NCBI GenBank assembly: GCA_032718475.1
Contig: JAUCBJ010007946.1
Coordinates: forward strand, 1 to 64,000
Direction of reading: 5' to 3'
DNA length: 64,000 nucleotides
DNA from: Nemertoderma westbladi
Lineage: Eukaryota > Animalia > Xenacoelomorpha
The notes under the pieces were generated by a model. It saw only the letters and a list, made by a program, of their open reading frames with translations. It did not search any database and was not told the DNA's origin. A program made the translations under genes and the position numbers. Below, piece after piece: positions 1-10,383 of the stretch. Within the stretch, counting starts at the first letter, position 1. The number at the start of each line of letters is the position of its first letter.

Positions 1-3000
1 ATCTTGATTTGTATGTCAAGATTTCTAATGAGTATGGGAAACTTAGTGTCAAAGGATAACGGGGCGTTGGTGAGCCTGCCTCCAACACGTATTAACCCAT
101 CTATCATGGTACTAGAGAAGCGATCCCTTAAGCGCATCTGCGGATTTCTTAACAACAGGAAATACTTATCGGAATCCTCATAGCATTGTAGTAGTCTCAG
201 CATCTGTTTGTTGGTTTCATCATGCTCCTGGTAACTGATCTTCTCCTTTAGAAACCTGTCGGATATCTTGTATTTAGGAAGATCTTTAACAACATGGACT
301 CGTGCAGATGTTGATGGAGCATCATCACTATTGGTCTTTGTCCCGGAGTAACGATGATGAAAACATCGTTTCAAATAGGTGACAGCTTTACAGAGCCGAT
401 TCCAGGAACTGTAATGACGTATCACTCTCTGCAGGAGAGGTGAGAGTCCTTGCGCGATATCTGGTATTCCAGATTTCCAATCCCTGTCACGGATTTCCAA
501 GACTTCTTTAGTCGTGGCGGTGGGTTTCTGATCCAAAGCATCATCTCCGGAAGTAAATAATACAGATAGATCAACCGCAGGTTTAAACAACTTCGATTTA
601 CTCGCTCGAGTTTTGGGTTTAACTTTCTCCGCTCCCTTGGCCTGTCTGATCTCTGCTGTTGTGAGATGGGGAGGCCATTCTTCTTCTTCTCTGTAGAGAA
701 AGTCGGGTCCTCCTAACCATTCGGGAGTATTTACCAATTCCTTTGGAGTCGCTCCCCTGGAAGCGATGTCTGCTGGATTAATCGTTCCGGGGCAATGTCT
801 CCATTGATCCATCGTCGTGCGACTAAGTATGATGGCTACTCTGTTGGTAACGAAGACGCTGAACTGACAGACTTCATTGGTTATATACTCTAACACGAGT
901 AAAGCGTCGGTCCAATAGACAGTTTTCTCTAATGGATAGTCAATCTGTTCTGTTACATTCCGGCCGATGGCTGTAGCGTATAGAGCCGCCTTTAACTCCG
1001 CTCGAGGAACTTTCAACTTGTTGTTGATTAATGCCTTAGAAGTAACCAAGGCGACTTTGATTCCATCCGGAGTCTCCACTCTTAGGTAGGCTACTATACC
1101 TATTCCCATATCGCTGGCGTCTCCAAACACATGGAGTTGATAGGAATACGTAGGGAGAACATGACCAAAATATGAACGGGAAATTATAAAATCCTCGATA
1201 GCTGGCAGAGAATCTTCCCATTTCATCCACTTCTTTAATAATTCTCCCTTAAGTGGATCGTCCCATGAGTGGTTTTCAAGCCACATTTGTTGTACCAAAC
1301 TCCGAGCAATCAATATAACTGGGCTAATAAATCCCAATGGAACGAAATAAGTGCTCAGTATACTTAAACAAATCCGTTTGGTTCGAACTGGATTATCTCT
1401 CTGTTTTAGTTGGAAAAACAGGATATCTCGCTCTGTGTCCCATTTCAAGCCGAGTGTCTTGGTTTCTGGCAGATCATCTTTGATCAAATCGAGATCTTTC
1501 GCTCCTCGATCTTCCGCAGGGATCGACTCCAGAAACTCACGGGAGTTGCTGGTGAATTTCGTTAATCGAAACCCACCTCTTTTTAAGCACTCTACCGTTC
1601 CTTTAGCGACCTCAATGGCTTCCTCAACTGATGGAAGGGACTTCAGATTATCGTCCATGTATATGTCTCGCTTGATGTTGTCGATCACTTCCTTAGAGAA
1701 GGCCTCTCGGTTGTCCTCTGCAGTGGTACGCACTACCGAACAGGCGTTGGAAGGGCTTGAGATTATCCCAAAGGCCTGGATGGTCATCCAGTACTCCACC
1801 GGTTTCTGGTTGAGGTCTCCTTCGGGCCACCACAGAAATCGTAGACTATCTCGATCCCTATCTAGCACCTTGACTTGTAAGAACATGCCTTCTATATCGG
1901 AGGCGAAAGCAATCGAATATTGTCTCAATCTTAAAAGAATTCCCAACAAAGATTGAAGTAAGTTGGGTCCGGGTAACAATTCAGAGTTAAGGGATTGACC
2001 CATGTAAAGAGCGGAGCCATCAAACACTACTCTCACTTCATGTGGTTTACCGGGTTTAGGAACGTAATGGTGGGTTAAGTAATACGTTCTTTCAGTCACA
2101 GGTGTTTCTTCCGGTACTCTCTCCGCGTATCCCTTACTAATAAATTTTTCCAGCTGTGTTTGATACATTGCTTTAGCTGAAGAATTAGCCGTAAGGCGTC
2201 GATGGAGTTGCGCGATTCTTTTTTCCGCCAAAGGTCTGTTATTGATGAACTTCGGTTCTCTCTTGCGAAAAGGTAGACCGACTTCATACCTACCTTGATC
2301 TTTGAGGAAACGTGTAGTCGTCTCTTGGATCTGCTTGGCCCTTTCCTCTTCCACCGATAAGGCTTTATCGTAGGAATTGGGCTCTACCGCCTCTTGCGTA
2401 AAGAATCGTACAGCATGTTCATCTCGAGTCTTGGCATTACAACGCTCAATGACGTCATTTAACTCGTCGTTATAAGCTTCTCGTTCAGATGGATAAAGAA
2501 GTTGACATAAGTTCACTTGGTTTTGCCAAGCCTCGTTTTCCTTAAGGAGATCGATAGTATTCTCCTCATCAAAAAGCTGGTGAACGTCGTCGTTATCTGA
2601 GGAGTATGGAATTCCCTCAGTTAAATCGTCTCCCTCACTAGTATCATCTTCCCATTCACTCACCTGGCAAACGAGCTCTTGCGGTAGTCTTTCTCTGAGT
2701 GTTCTACGGGAAGGTCCAGTAAGGTACCAACCTACTCTAGTTCTTACCGCATAGGTCTGAAGTGGTTGCGGTTGAGTAGGTCGTTTCTCTAATGTCTCCA
2801 GCGCTTCATGCGCGTTTTGGCCGATGAGTATTTGCACTCCAGGATAATCAGTCTGGAACCGAGGTATCTTAAGATGTTGGATGCTTTCATCCTCGTCCCA
2901 ATTATAAAGGTCTGCTTGAGTAGTAGCGAAGTTCTTTATAGCCACCAATTTCACTGACCTTATGCTATGTTCTCCTAGTTCGTCCTGGGGGGTGGACAAC

Positions 3001-6000
3001 GCTCCTACATAATAATCCGCTGTTACTGTAGATTTCCAAACTTGCATAATTCCTGACATATTTAGCTTGGTTCGGAACTTGGGTTGTCCAGCGAAGATGT
3101 CTTCGGCTAGTTCTTTATCAATGAATGTTCCTGTGCTACCGGAGTCAAGGAGGGCGTTCACTACATAACTCCTTTTAGGTCCGTGAACCCTTACCTGAAC
3201 CACAGGAAACTCTCGGATCCCTACATTGGAAGATGGCGCTTTCCAAGATGGTTGTCGATCAGAAGTAGTTAGAGTGAGGTCGCTGTCTGTATCTTTTTCA
3301 TATGTGAGTGCTCGATACACTGCGGTATTTATCATGTAACAGGATTCGTTTTCGTCGGAGAACTCGTCTGTATAGAATCCTTCCATCTCAGATTGATCAG
3401 TGTCGTTCACATCACTGAATTGGACATGTAGCTCGGAATCACTTACCTGATTCGGACTATTTCGCTCGAATTCAGCGTGCAACAAGATATGATGTTTCGC
3501 ACCACACTTTGCACACCTTATGTCAGAGAAACAGGTACGCCGTTGGTGTCCTTGTCTGAGGCAATTATAACATAACCGCTTATCCCACATGACTTCTCGT
3601 CTCTCCGATAATGATTTCTTCAGGAATTCATCACACATATTCAAACGGTGGGTCCCGTCGCATAGCGCACATTTCGGTTTGATGTTACTTACCTTATTTT
3701 GGGTAACATTTTGCACTCTCGTTCTTTCTTCGGGCTTTCTCACCTGAATTCTCTTGGGAGACGTAGGAGGAGTTTTTCTTACCTGTTCTCTCTGGTCATT
3801 GGATCGAGACTTAAATTTACTTCCCTGTTCATTAGGTTTTTTATTGACATAATAAGATCTTTCAGTGTCTTTCCCGCTATCCTCCCCTTGGGAAGCTTGG
3901 CTTTCGCCGTCGTCGGTATAACACACTGGTGTTACCTTTCTTCTGGAGACGGGTTTCTCACTTACCTTGTTTTCCGATGTCTTCTCTCTGGACTGCTTTA
4001 TGAGCTGTAATTTCACTTCGCCATCCAAGAATGTCATGAGATCAGTCATGGTAGGGTCTCGTTGTTGTTGTTCCATCATGTATAACACTTTCTTGTCCCA
4101 GCGTGTACCTACTCCACCCTTCGGTAAAGTAGAAGCCACTGCTCTAATAACCATAGCACTCTGATACTCATGAGACTTACCTAGCCAATCTAATTGTCTG
4201 CAGATCTCCTGAATTTCATCGGAAAACTCTATAATCCCGTTGCTAATAAACTTTCGGGGCGCTACCAACTTTGCATACAAATACCCAGCTATGTTATTCC
4301 TATTACCATACCTGATGTTTAGTGTATCCCAAACTTGTCTTAATCCGTCTGGATGTCCAATAAACTTTAATGCCATTAACTTGGGAGATCCTTCCAAGCA
4401 CTCGATGAGGAATCTAAGTTTCTCTCCATTAGATAGTACAGAGTTCTGTATGTTATCTTTGTAATATTCATTAAAAGGTAACCATTTCATCTCATCTCCA
4501 TTGAACTTGACGATCTCTCCCACCTTTACCGCTTGCCGGGCTTCGGTTCTAGCCATTTGGCGCGTAAAACTTTCTTGGGCCATCGTGTTATTTAATATCG
4601 AGTTATCGGTATATAAATTTCTCGGATTATGATCAGGTCTATAGGGAATGTCATTATCAACAGGTCTATAATTACCCTTAATAGGGTTCACTATAGGAGT
4701 TTCTACTTCGCTAGCAGTATATATGCGTGTAGGCTCCACACCTTGCGCATGAGATACTTCAGACCTAACAGGTTGACACATTGCTACTGAGGGTGGTGGT
4801 ATACCCCTTTGTGTATTTACTAATTTATCGCGTTCTAGCGCGATACTTTGCTGCACTTCTTGCAACTCTAGTCTACTTTCCCTTACTGTGCCCTTGAATT
4901 GCTGAACAGTCTCCTGCATCTGCCCGAGCAGGAGATCCATCCCCCGCCGTCTCTCGTCCACCCATTCGACCGCAGAAGCGGGAGTCGCCAATGATGTAGC
5001 GGGCGGACGAGGGACAACGGGTGACAAATCATGAATATTTCGCTCGGGGTCCAGGACCTGAACTGTCTCATGGGCTGTTCTACTGGGCACAGGTAGCTTG
5101 GTGCTGTGCAGAGGGAATTTAGAGGTAACTTCAGGGAGCACAGGTGTGTCTATCACCGAAGGGGTGATTTCAAGAACAGGCCTAATTATTTCAGGCTCAT
5201 CTACTATAGTAGGGAGTCTTTCTATTTTAATTATTTGGTCTGTGGGTTCTGTACTACCTAAGTTGGTGTTATTTAGTTGCCTTCTAACAGCTGGAGGCAA
5301 ATCAGGCAATTTCTGACGGTGGGATGTTCTTCTACGTCTGCTGAGACGAGATCTATTTCCTTTGCCTTCAGTATCGGTGGTATCGCCTTCCTCAGATGAT
5401 GTATATCCCTGTCTTTTGGGAGTAGATCGATTCATCATCTGCATATTACTAGCTGTTAACTGTTTATTTATGCAGTCTTGATTCTCCTGAATGATTTCCA
5501 ATTCTAATTGGATGGTTTCTTCAGCCGCTCTCCGTTCTGCTTCTGCCACTGCCTCTGCCGCTTTTCTTTCCGCTTCGGCCGCTGCCATTGCCGCCTTTCT
5601 TTCTGCTTCTGCCGCTTTTGCCTCTGCCGCTGCCTCTGCCGCTGCCGCTTTTGCCTCTGCCGCTGCCTCTGCCGCTTTTGCCTCTGCCGCTGCCTCTGCC
5701 GCTGCCGCTTTTCTTTCTGCTTCTGCAGCTGCCACTGCTGCTGCTACTGCCGCTGCCTTTCTGTCTTCTATACGTTTTTTCTTTACTTGTTCTTCTTGGA
5801 CTCTTGTGATGCGGAGTTGTTCATCAAATTTAGCCTGGTTCGCAGCCCTCATTTCCACATCGATGGCATCCAACACACGCTGAGTTCCTTCACTATTAGG
5901 GCTAAGTCCATCTAACCTTCTCCTCAACTCTTCATCACCTAAAAAACGTTGATAGTCTGACAGATAGATGTCAATGGCATCCCTCTTATGCGGCTTCTCT

Positions 6001-6932
6001 GCCGTCGCTTCACTTTCCACTTGGGAAAAAGTAGCGTCTGTTGATTCTCCATGGGTTGAGCGCTCCTCTAGCTGGGCTTTCCACTGAGCCGTTCCTTGAA
6101 CCAGGAGACTCACCCGTTGAAACCAAGTCTTTACAGCAACTTGCAACGACGTGTCTTGTCTTCGTTTAGAAGCCTCCTCAAAGGCTGATAAGATTAGCCT
6201 GATTCGCAGAATTCTTTCTCTAACTTGATAAAGCAGTTGTCCCTGCTCTTGAGGTCCTTGTGGTTGTTGAAACAGTTGTCCTTTTACTCGCTCCATAGAG
6301 CTGAAGAATCCCTGTGCGTATCCGGCCGCGGACCTCTTCCACACAGCTGGATCTATGGTTTCCTTGGCTACTCCCATCCAGTGTATGTCTTCCCAGGCAG
6401 CTTCTGATAAATCAAACGGGAGTCCGGGTCCGGGGAAGTTCCATTGCGACTCGACAATAGACTTCAGTTCTTCCCTTGTGTATCCCGCATAACTATCTTT
6501 AGTTGATCGCTGACTTCTCGCCCAATCGATCTGGTGTTCTTCCACCGCAATCAATAACCTAGTGAGTACGGCTGCAGGAAGGATGAGAAGGGGATCCGAA
6601 TAAACCGCATCCGTCATCTTTGCTCCGCGCTCAAGTGTCAGCTCTACAGTATCCTCACTACTGGAGCTGTCGGGCCGCTGAGAAATAAGTTCTTGGCTCG
6701 CGGGTTGTTGCTGTTCTGCTGCTTCTTGGTCCCGCTTGACCTGAGCTCGAGTGCCTATGATAGACCTACGATGTTGGACCAGCCTAGGTTCTGTTATTAC
6801 TACTGGAGGGATGACCTTCCTCACAGTGGGAGGTGAACTGAACTTATGACTAGATGGTTCTACACCTCTATCTGAGTCGCAGATAGTTACATCTAATAAA
6901 CTGTCTGACAGGTTCTGCTTAGTATCAGACAT
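1..6932 (-). CDS. BEL/Pao gag-pol polyprotein (Gag with Cys/His knuckles, aspartic protease, RT, RNase H), 3'-partial
   Basis: ATG at 6932 is in frame with RT IYMDDNL (~1658). Motifs read by eye: KFNGDEMKWLPF (~4490); CALCDGTHRLNMC, CYNCLRQGHQRRTC, CAKCGAKHHILLH (3480-3675); ALLDSGSTGTF (~3140); HVFGDASD (~1120); VPRAEL; VYWTDA; WRHCPGTINPADIASRG (~780). Probably absent from the ORF track because it runs off the edge without a stop. Not every codon was checked. Confidence 0.9.
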   Translation of the reverse strand, partial: MSDTKQNLSDSLLDVTICDSDRGVEPSSHKFSSPPTVRKVIPPVVITEPRLVQHRRSIIGTRAQVKRDQEAAEQQQPASQELISQRPDSSSSEDTVELTLERGAKMTDAVYSDPLLILPAAVLTRLLIAVEEHQIDWARSQRSTKDSYAGYTREELKSIVESQWNFPGPGLPFDLSEAAWEDIHWMGVAKETIDPAVWKRSAAGYAQGFFSSMERVKGQLFQQPQGPQEQGQLLYQVRERILRIRLILSAFEEASKRRQDTSLQVAVKTWFQRVSLLVQGTAQWKAQLEERSTHGESTDATFSQVESEATAEKPHKRDAIDIYLSDYQRFLGDEELRRRLDGLSPNSEGTQRVLDAIDVEMRAANQAKFDEQLRITRVQEEQVKKKRIEDRKAAAVAAAVAAAEAERKAAAAEAAAEAKAAEAAAEAKAAAAEAAAEAKAAEAERKAAMAAAEAERKAAEAVAEAERRAAEETIQLELEIIQENQDCINKQLTASNMQMMNRSTPKRQGYTSSEEGDTTDTEGKGNRSRLSRRRRTSHRQKLPDLPPAVRRQLNNTNLGSTEPTDQIIKIERLPTIVDEPEIIRPVLEITPSVIDTPVLPEVTSKFPLHSTKLPVPSRTAHETVQVLDPERNIHDLSPVVPRPPATSLATPASAVEWVDERRRGMDLLLGQMQETVQQFKGTVRESRLELQEVQQSIALERDKLVNTQRGIPPPSVAMCQPVRSEVSHAQGVEPTRIYTASEVETPIVNPIKGNYRPVDNDIPYRPDHNPRNLYTDNSILNNTMAQESFTRQMARTEARQAVKVGEIVKFNGDEMKWLPFNEYYKDNIQNSVLSNGEKLRFLIECLEGSPKLMALKFIGHPDGLRQVWDTLNIRYGNRNNIAGYLYAKLVAPRKFISNGIIEFSDEIQEICRQLDWLGKSHEYQSAMVIRAVASTLPKGGVGTRWDKKVLYMMEQQQRDPTMTDLMTFLDGEVKLQLIKQSREKTSENKVSEKPVSRRKVTPVCYTDDGESQASQGEDSGKDTERSYYVNKKPNEQGSKFKSRSNDQREQVRKTPPTSPKRIQVRKPEERTRVQNVTQNKVSNIKPKCALCDGTHRLNMCDEFLKKSLSERREVMWDKRLCYNCLRQGHQRRTCFSDIRCAKCGAKHHILLHAEFERNSPNQVSDSELHVQFSDVNDTDQSEMEGFYTDEFSDENESCYMINTAVYRALTYEKDTDSDLTLTTSDRQPSWKAPSSNVGIREFPVVQVRVHGPKRSYVVNALLDSGSTGTFIDKELAEDIFAGQPKFRTKLNMSGIMQVWKSTVTADYYVGALSTPQDELGEHSIRSVKLVAIKNFATTQADLYNWDEDESIQHLKIPRFQTDYPGVQILIGQNAHEALETLEKRPTQPQPLQTYAVRTRVGWYLTGPSRRTLRERLPQELVCQVSEWEDDTSEGDDLTEGIPYSSDNDDVHQLFDEENTIDLLKENEAWQNQVNLCQLLYPSEREAYNDELNDVIERCNAKTRDEHAVRFFTQEAVEPNSYDKALSVEEERAKQIQETTTRFLKDQGRYEVGLPFRKREPKFINNRPLAEKRIAQLHRRLTANSSAKAMYQTQLEKFISKGYAERVPEETPVTERTYYLTHHYVPKPGKPHEVRVVFDGSALYMGQSLNSELLPGPNLLQSLLGILLRLRQYSIAFASDIEGMFLQVKVLDRDRDSLRFLWWPEGDLNQKPVEYWMTIQAFGIISSPSNACSVVRTTAEDNREAFSKEVIDNIKRDIYMDDNLKSLPSVEEAIEVAKGTVECLKRGGFRLTKFTSNSREFLESIPAEDRGAKDLDLIKDDLPETKTLGLKWDTERDILFFQLKQRDNPVRTKRICLSILSTYFVPLGFISPVILIARSLVQQMWLENHSWDDPLKGELLKKWMKWEDSLPAIEDFIISRSYFGHVLPTYSYQLHVFGDASDMGIGIVAYLRVETPDGIKVALVTSKALINNKLKVPRAELKAALYATAIGRNVTEQIDYPLEKTVYWTDALLVLEYITNEVCQFSVFVTNRVAIILSRTTMDQWRHCPGTINPADIASRGATPKELVNTPEWLGGPDFLYREEEEWPPHLTTAEIRQAKGAEKVKPKTRASKSKLFKPAVDLSVLFTSGDDALDQKPTATTKEVLEIRDRDWKSGIPDIAQGLSPLLQRVIRHYSSWNRLCKAVTYLKRCFHHRYSGTKTNSDDAPSTSARVHVVKDLPKYKISDRFLKEKISYQEHDETNKQMLRLLQCYEDSDKYFLLLRNPQMRLRDRFSSTMIDGLIRVGGRLTNAPLSFDTKFPILIRNLDIQIK

Positions 6933-8249
6933 GTTTGTGTGTACAGTTGAATGCCTACTGCTATATTACAGTCTGAGCAAGTCTAGTAATTCAGTATTAA
7001 CTGCTAGCCTAGTAATTAATTACCGATACTGCTACTCAGTGTAGCGCGATATATATAATATATTAGAATACCGGTATGCTTATAGTATATATAACTATAT
7101 AAGTTTTATTACAGACTAGGTTTATCACAGAATACCGGTATAATTTTAGCACAAATATATATAAATATATAATAGGCCTATCGGGAATACCGGTATACAG
7201 CTTACAGTTTGTAGTATATATAATTCTGGACTAGAATTAATTACAAGTACAGGTATAATTTCAGCCTAAATTTATAGAAATAAAGATAATAGGCCTATCG
7301 TAAATACCGGTATATCAATTATTTTAAATAATTGAATTTCTGAATTTTAGGGTTACTTGGTTACTTTACTTACTTTATTACCGTTATTTGAGCAGTAGTC
7401 CAACTGATATTGAGACCTAATGGTTGTATGGTAGGCCTACTATTTATAAATCGTTAGATTTGATTTATAATATATATACCCGTTTTAATGGGTTTTGTCA
7501 ATGTTTGAAATAAATGTTATTATTTCTGGGGAGTAATTACTACACAAAGCGGTGCGCTTTCAGTGAAGTGTTACTTATAGGACACTAAAACAAATAATGC
7601 TAATTTACCTAAGTTACTTAATACTACAAATTACGTACAATTCGGGTGAGATTACAATCTCTAAATAAACACAAAAATTTACAAAAAACACAAAATACGA
7701 ATTTTTAGGGTAATTTTACAAGAAGTCTACAAACCAGCCTACCAAAGGGTTAGAAATCTGGTTATTACAACGGACAGGGTTCTACGGTATTTGAAAATAA
7801 TAAGTAGTAGTAAATACACTGCGTTGTCCAGATAAGAAAATACCACCGCCTGACGACCTATAGCCGTATCGCTATAGGTTCTACGTTATGTATGACGGAG
7901 TGTTCCTACCTAGAAGTTAATAGAGCTAATCGAACGTGCCTATCAACCACTTTACAACACAAATATAATGCCTACACTAATTACTTTCGGAAAGCACTGT
8001 ACACTAAACCCTAAATTAGGTACGAGTACTTGTACAACAGATAATCAGTAGTTAAATATACTTGAACAGCTAAAAGAACCACGGCATCTGCTGGAGTGAC
8101 CGGTGCACAAAATCACCAGTCTTTACCTACGCCAAGCAGCCCGTGTAGTACCGGGGTTAATTTAACTATAACGGTATGTATAACAAACACAATTACTGTA
8201 GGAACAAACTTGGGGAATGAATGTTGCGGATAATCGCATAAACTCTGAA

Positions 8250-8820
8250 TAATAAATATTACGCTACGCGTACAAACTACTCAAACAAAATGCAGACCAA
8301 ATACCGACAGACTACTATCAAGCCTAAACAAACTACGGTATATGCAGACTCCGAAATGATTAGGTAGTATGCGTTCTAACTCAGTAGTACGACTTATTCT
8401 TTAGATGGGGGTTTACCTTACAGCATTGGCTGCCCCTACTTCCTAACCGTTCTTTATCGGACAGGGGCTCTACACACACTACAATCCGTTCAGACCTAAT
8501 AACAGCCAGACAACTATCCAGCCTACAAATTATCCAAATAAATATTATACGCTACCTGTACAGACTACACAAACAAAGTACAGACTAAACGATGGCAGAC
8601 TACTCTCAAGCCTAAATAAACTACAGGACATGCAGACTCCGAAATGATTAGGTAGTATGCGTTCTAACTCAGTAGTACGACTTATTCTTTAGATGGGGGT
8701 TTACCTTACAGCATTGGCTGCCCCTACTTCCTAACCGTTCTTTATCGGACAGGTGCTCTACACACACTGTAATCCGTTCAGACTTAACAACAATCAGACA
8801 ACAGCTCAGCCTACAAATTG
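8250..8820. repeat. Two-copy ~288-bp direct repeat in the retrotransposon leader
   Basis: ATGCAGACTCCGAAATGATTAGG...TTTATCGGACAGG at 8342 and 8630. Confidence 0.85.
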
Positions 8821-10383
8821 TCTGTACAATCTGATCAGGCTTACACGCCTTCTGTTCAATACTGGCCTACAAATAAATAAAACTGACAGAAATAAGTAAG
8901 CTCCAAAAGAAACAAGGGGTGTACAGTCCCTAATCTCTTAAACAGCCTACCGGTATGCAACAATCAAATCGAATAATACTAATGTACTTATACGGAAGTA
9001 CCGGTTAGGACAGTTGGGCCTACGGACCTACAGAAGTACCGGTTCTGGCAGTTGGACCTACGGACCTACGGCAGTACCGGTTCTGGCGGTTGGGCCTACT
9101 GACCTACTGAAGTACCGTTCAGGTTTACCGGTTGACCGGTAGCTTCAACTTTATTGCTTACTGCAATAAAGAAGCAATATCCGTTATTGTTCGCGCTTTC
9201 AGACCTTTGGCAGTTTAACCCGCCAAATTAGGATGTCTTCTATATAATAAATCACTTTTAGCCTCTGACAAGTATTTGATTCACTACACTAGTCGAAACC
9301 AATCTGTGCGCGATCATTCACCCGCTGGATATACCCGGGAGATTGGGTTCGACGGCTTAATCTTATTGCTATGTAAGCCTAATGTATTATTCGACTGACA
9401 GTATTATACAATCTCTGACAATATTATTCACCTTCGGGAATATTAACAGTTCCTTTAGGACGTGGCGCTCTATCTATATAAACAGAGTTATGACTTAAAC
9501 TACTCACAACGATATGGCTTAGTTATAATTCACATATATGGCGCATTCTTTAGGAAATGCTTCGTTATCAGTCTCACTCATACACAATGCTGCACAATAC
9601 TGCACACTAATCTGCCGATCTTCCCTGATTTTAGTCACATATAAAAGGAACACAGACCGACTCATGTAGGGTCTATCAAATAACATTAGATTCACTTCAA
9701 ACCACTTTAACATAAGTCACAATCGTTATATGTAACCTTTCTCTCTTACCTTCGGTATATCAAGAATATTGGGTTTCGGGGTTATTTATCGTTATTCCAA
9801 ATATAATAATTCATCAACCATATTATGAAGAAACTGAACACTGAATAGCAGTATAACAATATAAAAGTATGCACAGGTATGTTTGATTAGGTATGTTGAG
9901 TTGCATGAGTTGTGACAATCAGTCAGTTTTGGATTGATAACGGATATATGTCCTTATAATTAAGCCTACTAGTGTAAGGCTAAAACAGAAAAGCACAAAA
10001 ATTCCAAAGCCGCTCTCTTCCTGGCTTAGAATAACCAACACTGAACACTGATAAGAATAACTATAAGAATACCAGCTACCCTTATTCTACAAAGATCTCA
10101 CCCACCACAGAGAATGAGCATACAGATAGGAAATTCAGTTCAGTAGATCTGTGATAGGTCAAAATCAAAACCAACTCAAATCCTATTGGCAGATACAGAA
10201 AGCAGGGCTATGGGGCAACCTTCCCAAGCTGGTTGGACGATCGAACATAGCCCAGATCCCTTCGTACAGCAAATCAGCCAATCAGCCGGTAGCTTGCACT
10301 ATTCGAGCTAGAGATCCCTTTTAGAGTATTCCAGCGCCTTGGGGGGAACTGGTTAGCAAAACAAACGAATCAGTTATCCCACA

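Larger units (their letters stand above)
1..10383 (-). mobile_element. BEL/Pao LTR retrotransposon, 5' portion (putative 5' LTR, long leader, gag-pol); 3' part lies outside the window
   Basis: Minus-strand polyprotein with BEL/Pao motifs. The minus strand begins TGTGGGATAAC at 10383, where the sequence switches to an unrelated repeat family. Inner LTR boundary and PBS not identified. Confidence 0.85.

Noticed and set aside
1351-1956. 201-aa plus-strand ORF
   Set aside because: Antisense to the RT domain; no motif of its own.
5491-5915. Plus-strand Ala/Ser-, Cys/Arg- and Leu/Pro-rich ORFs
   Set aside because: Antisense shadows of the low-complexity part of the minus-strand gag ORF.
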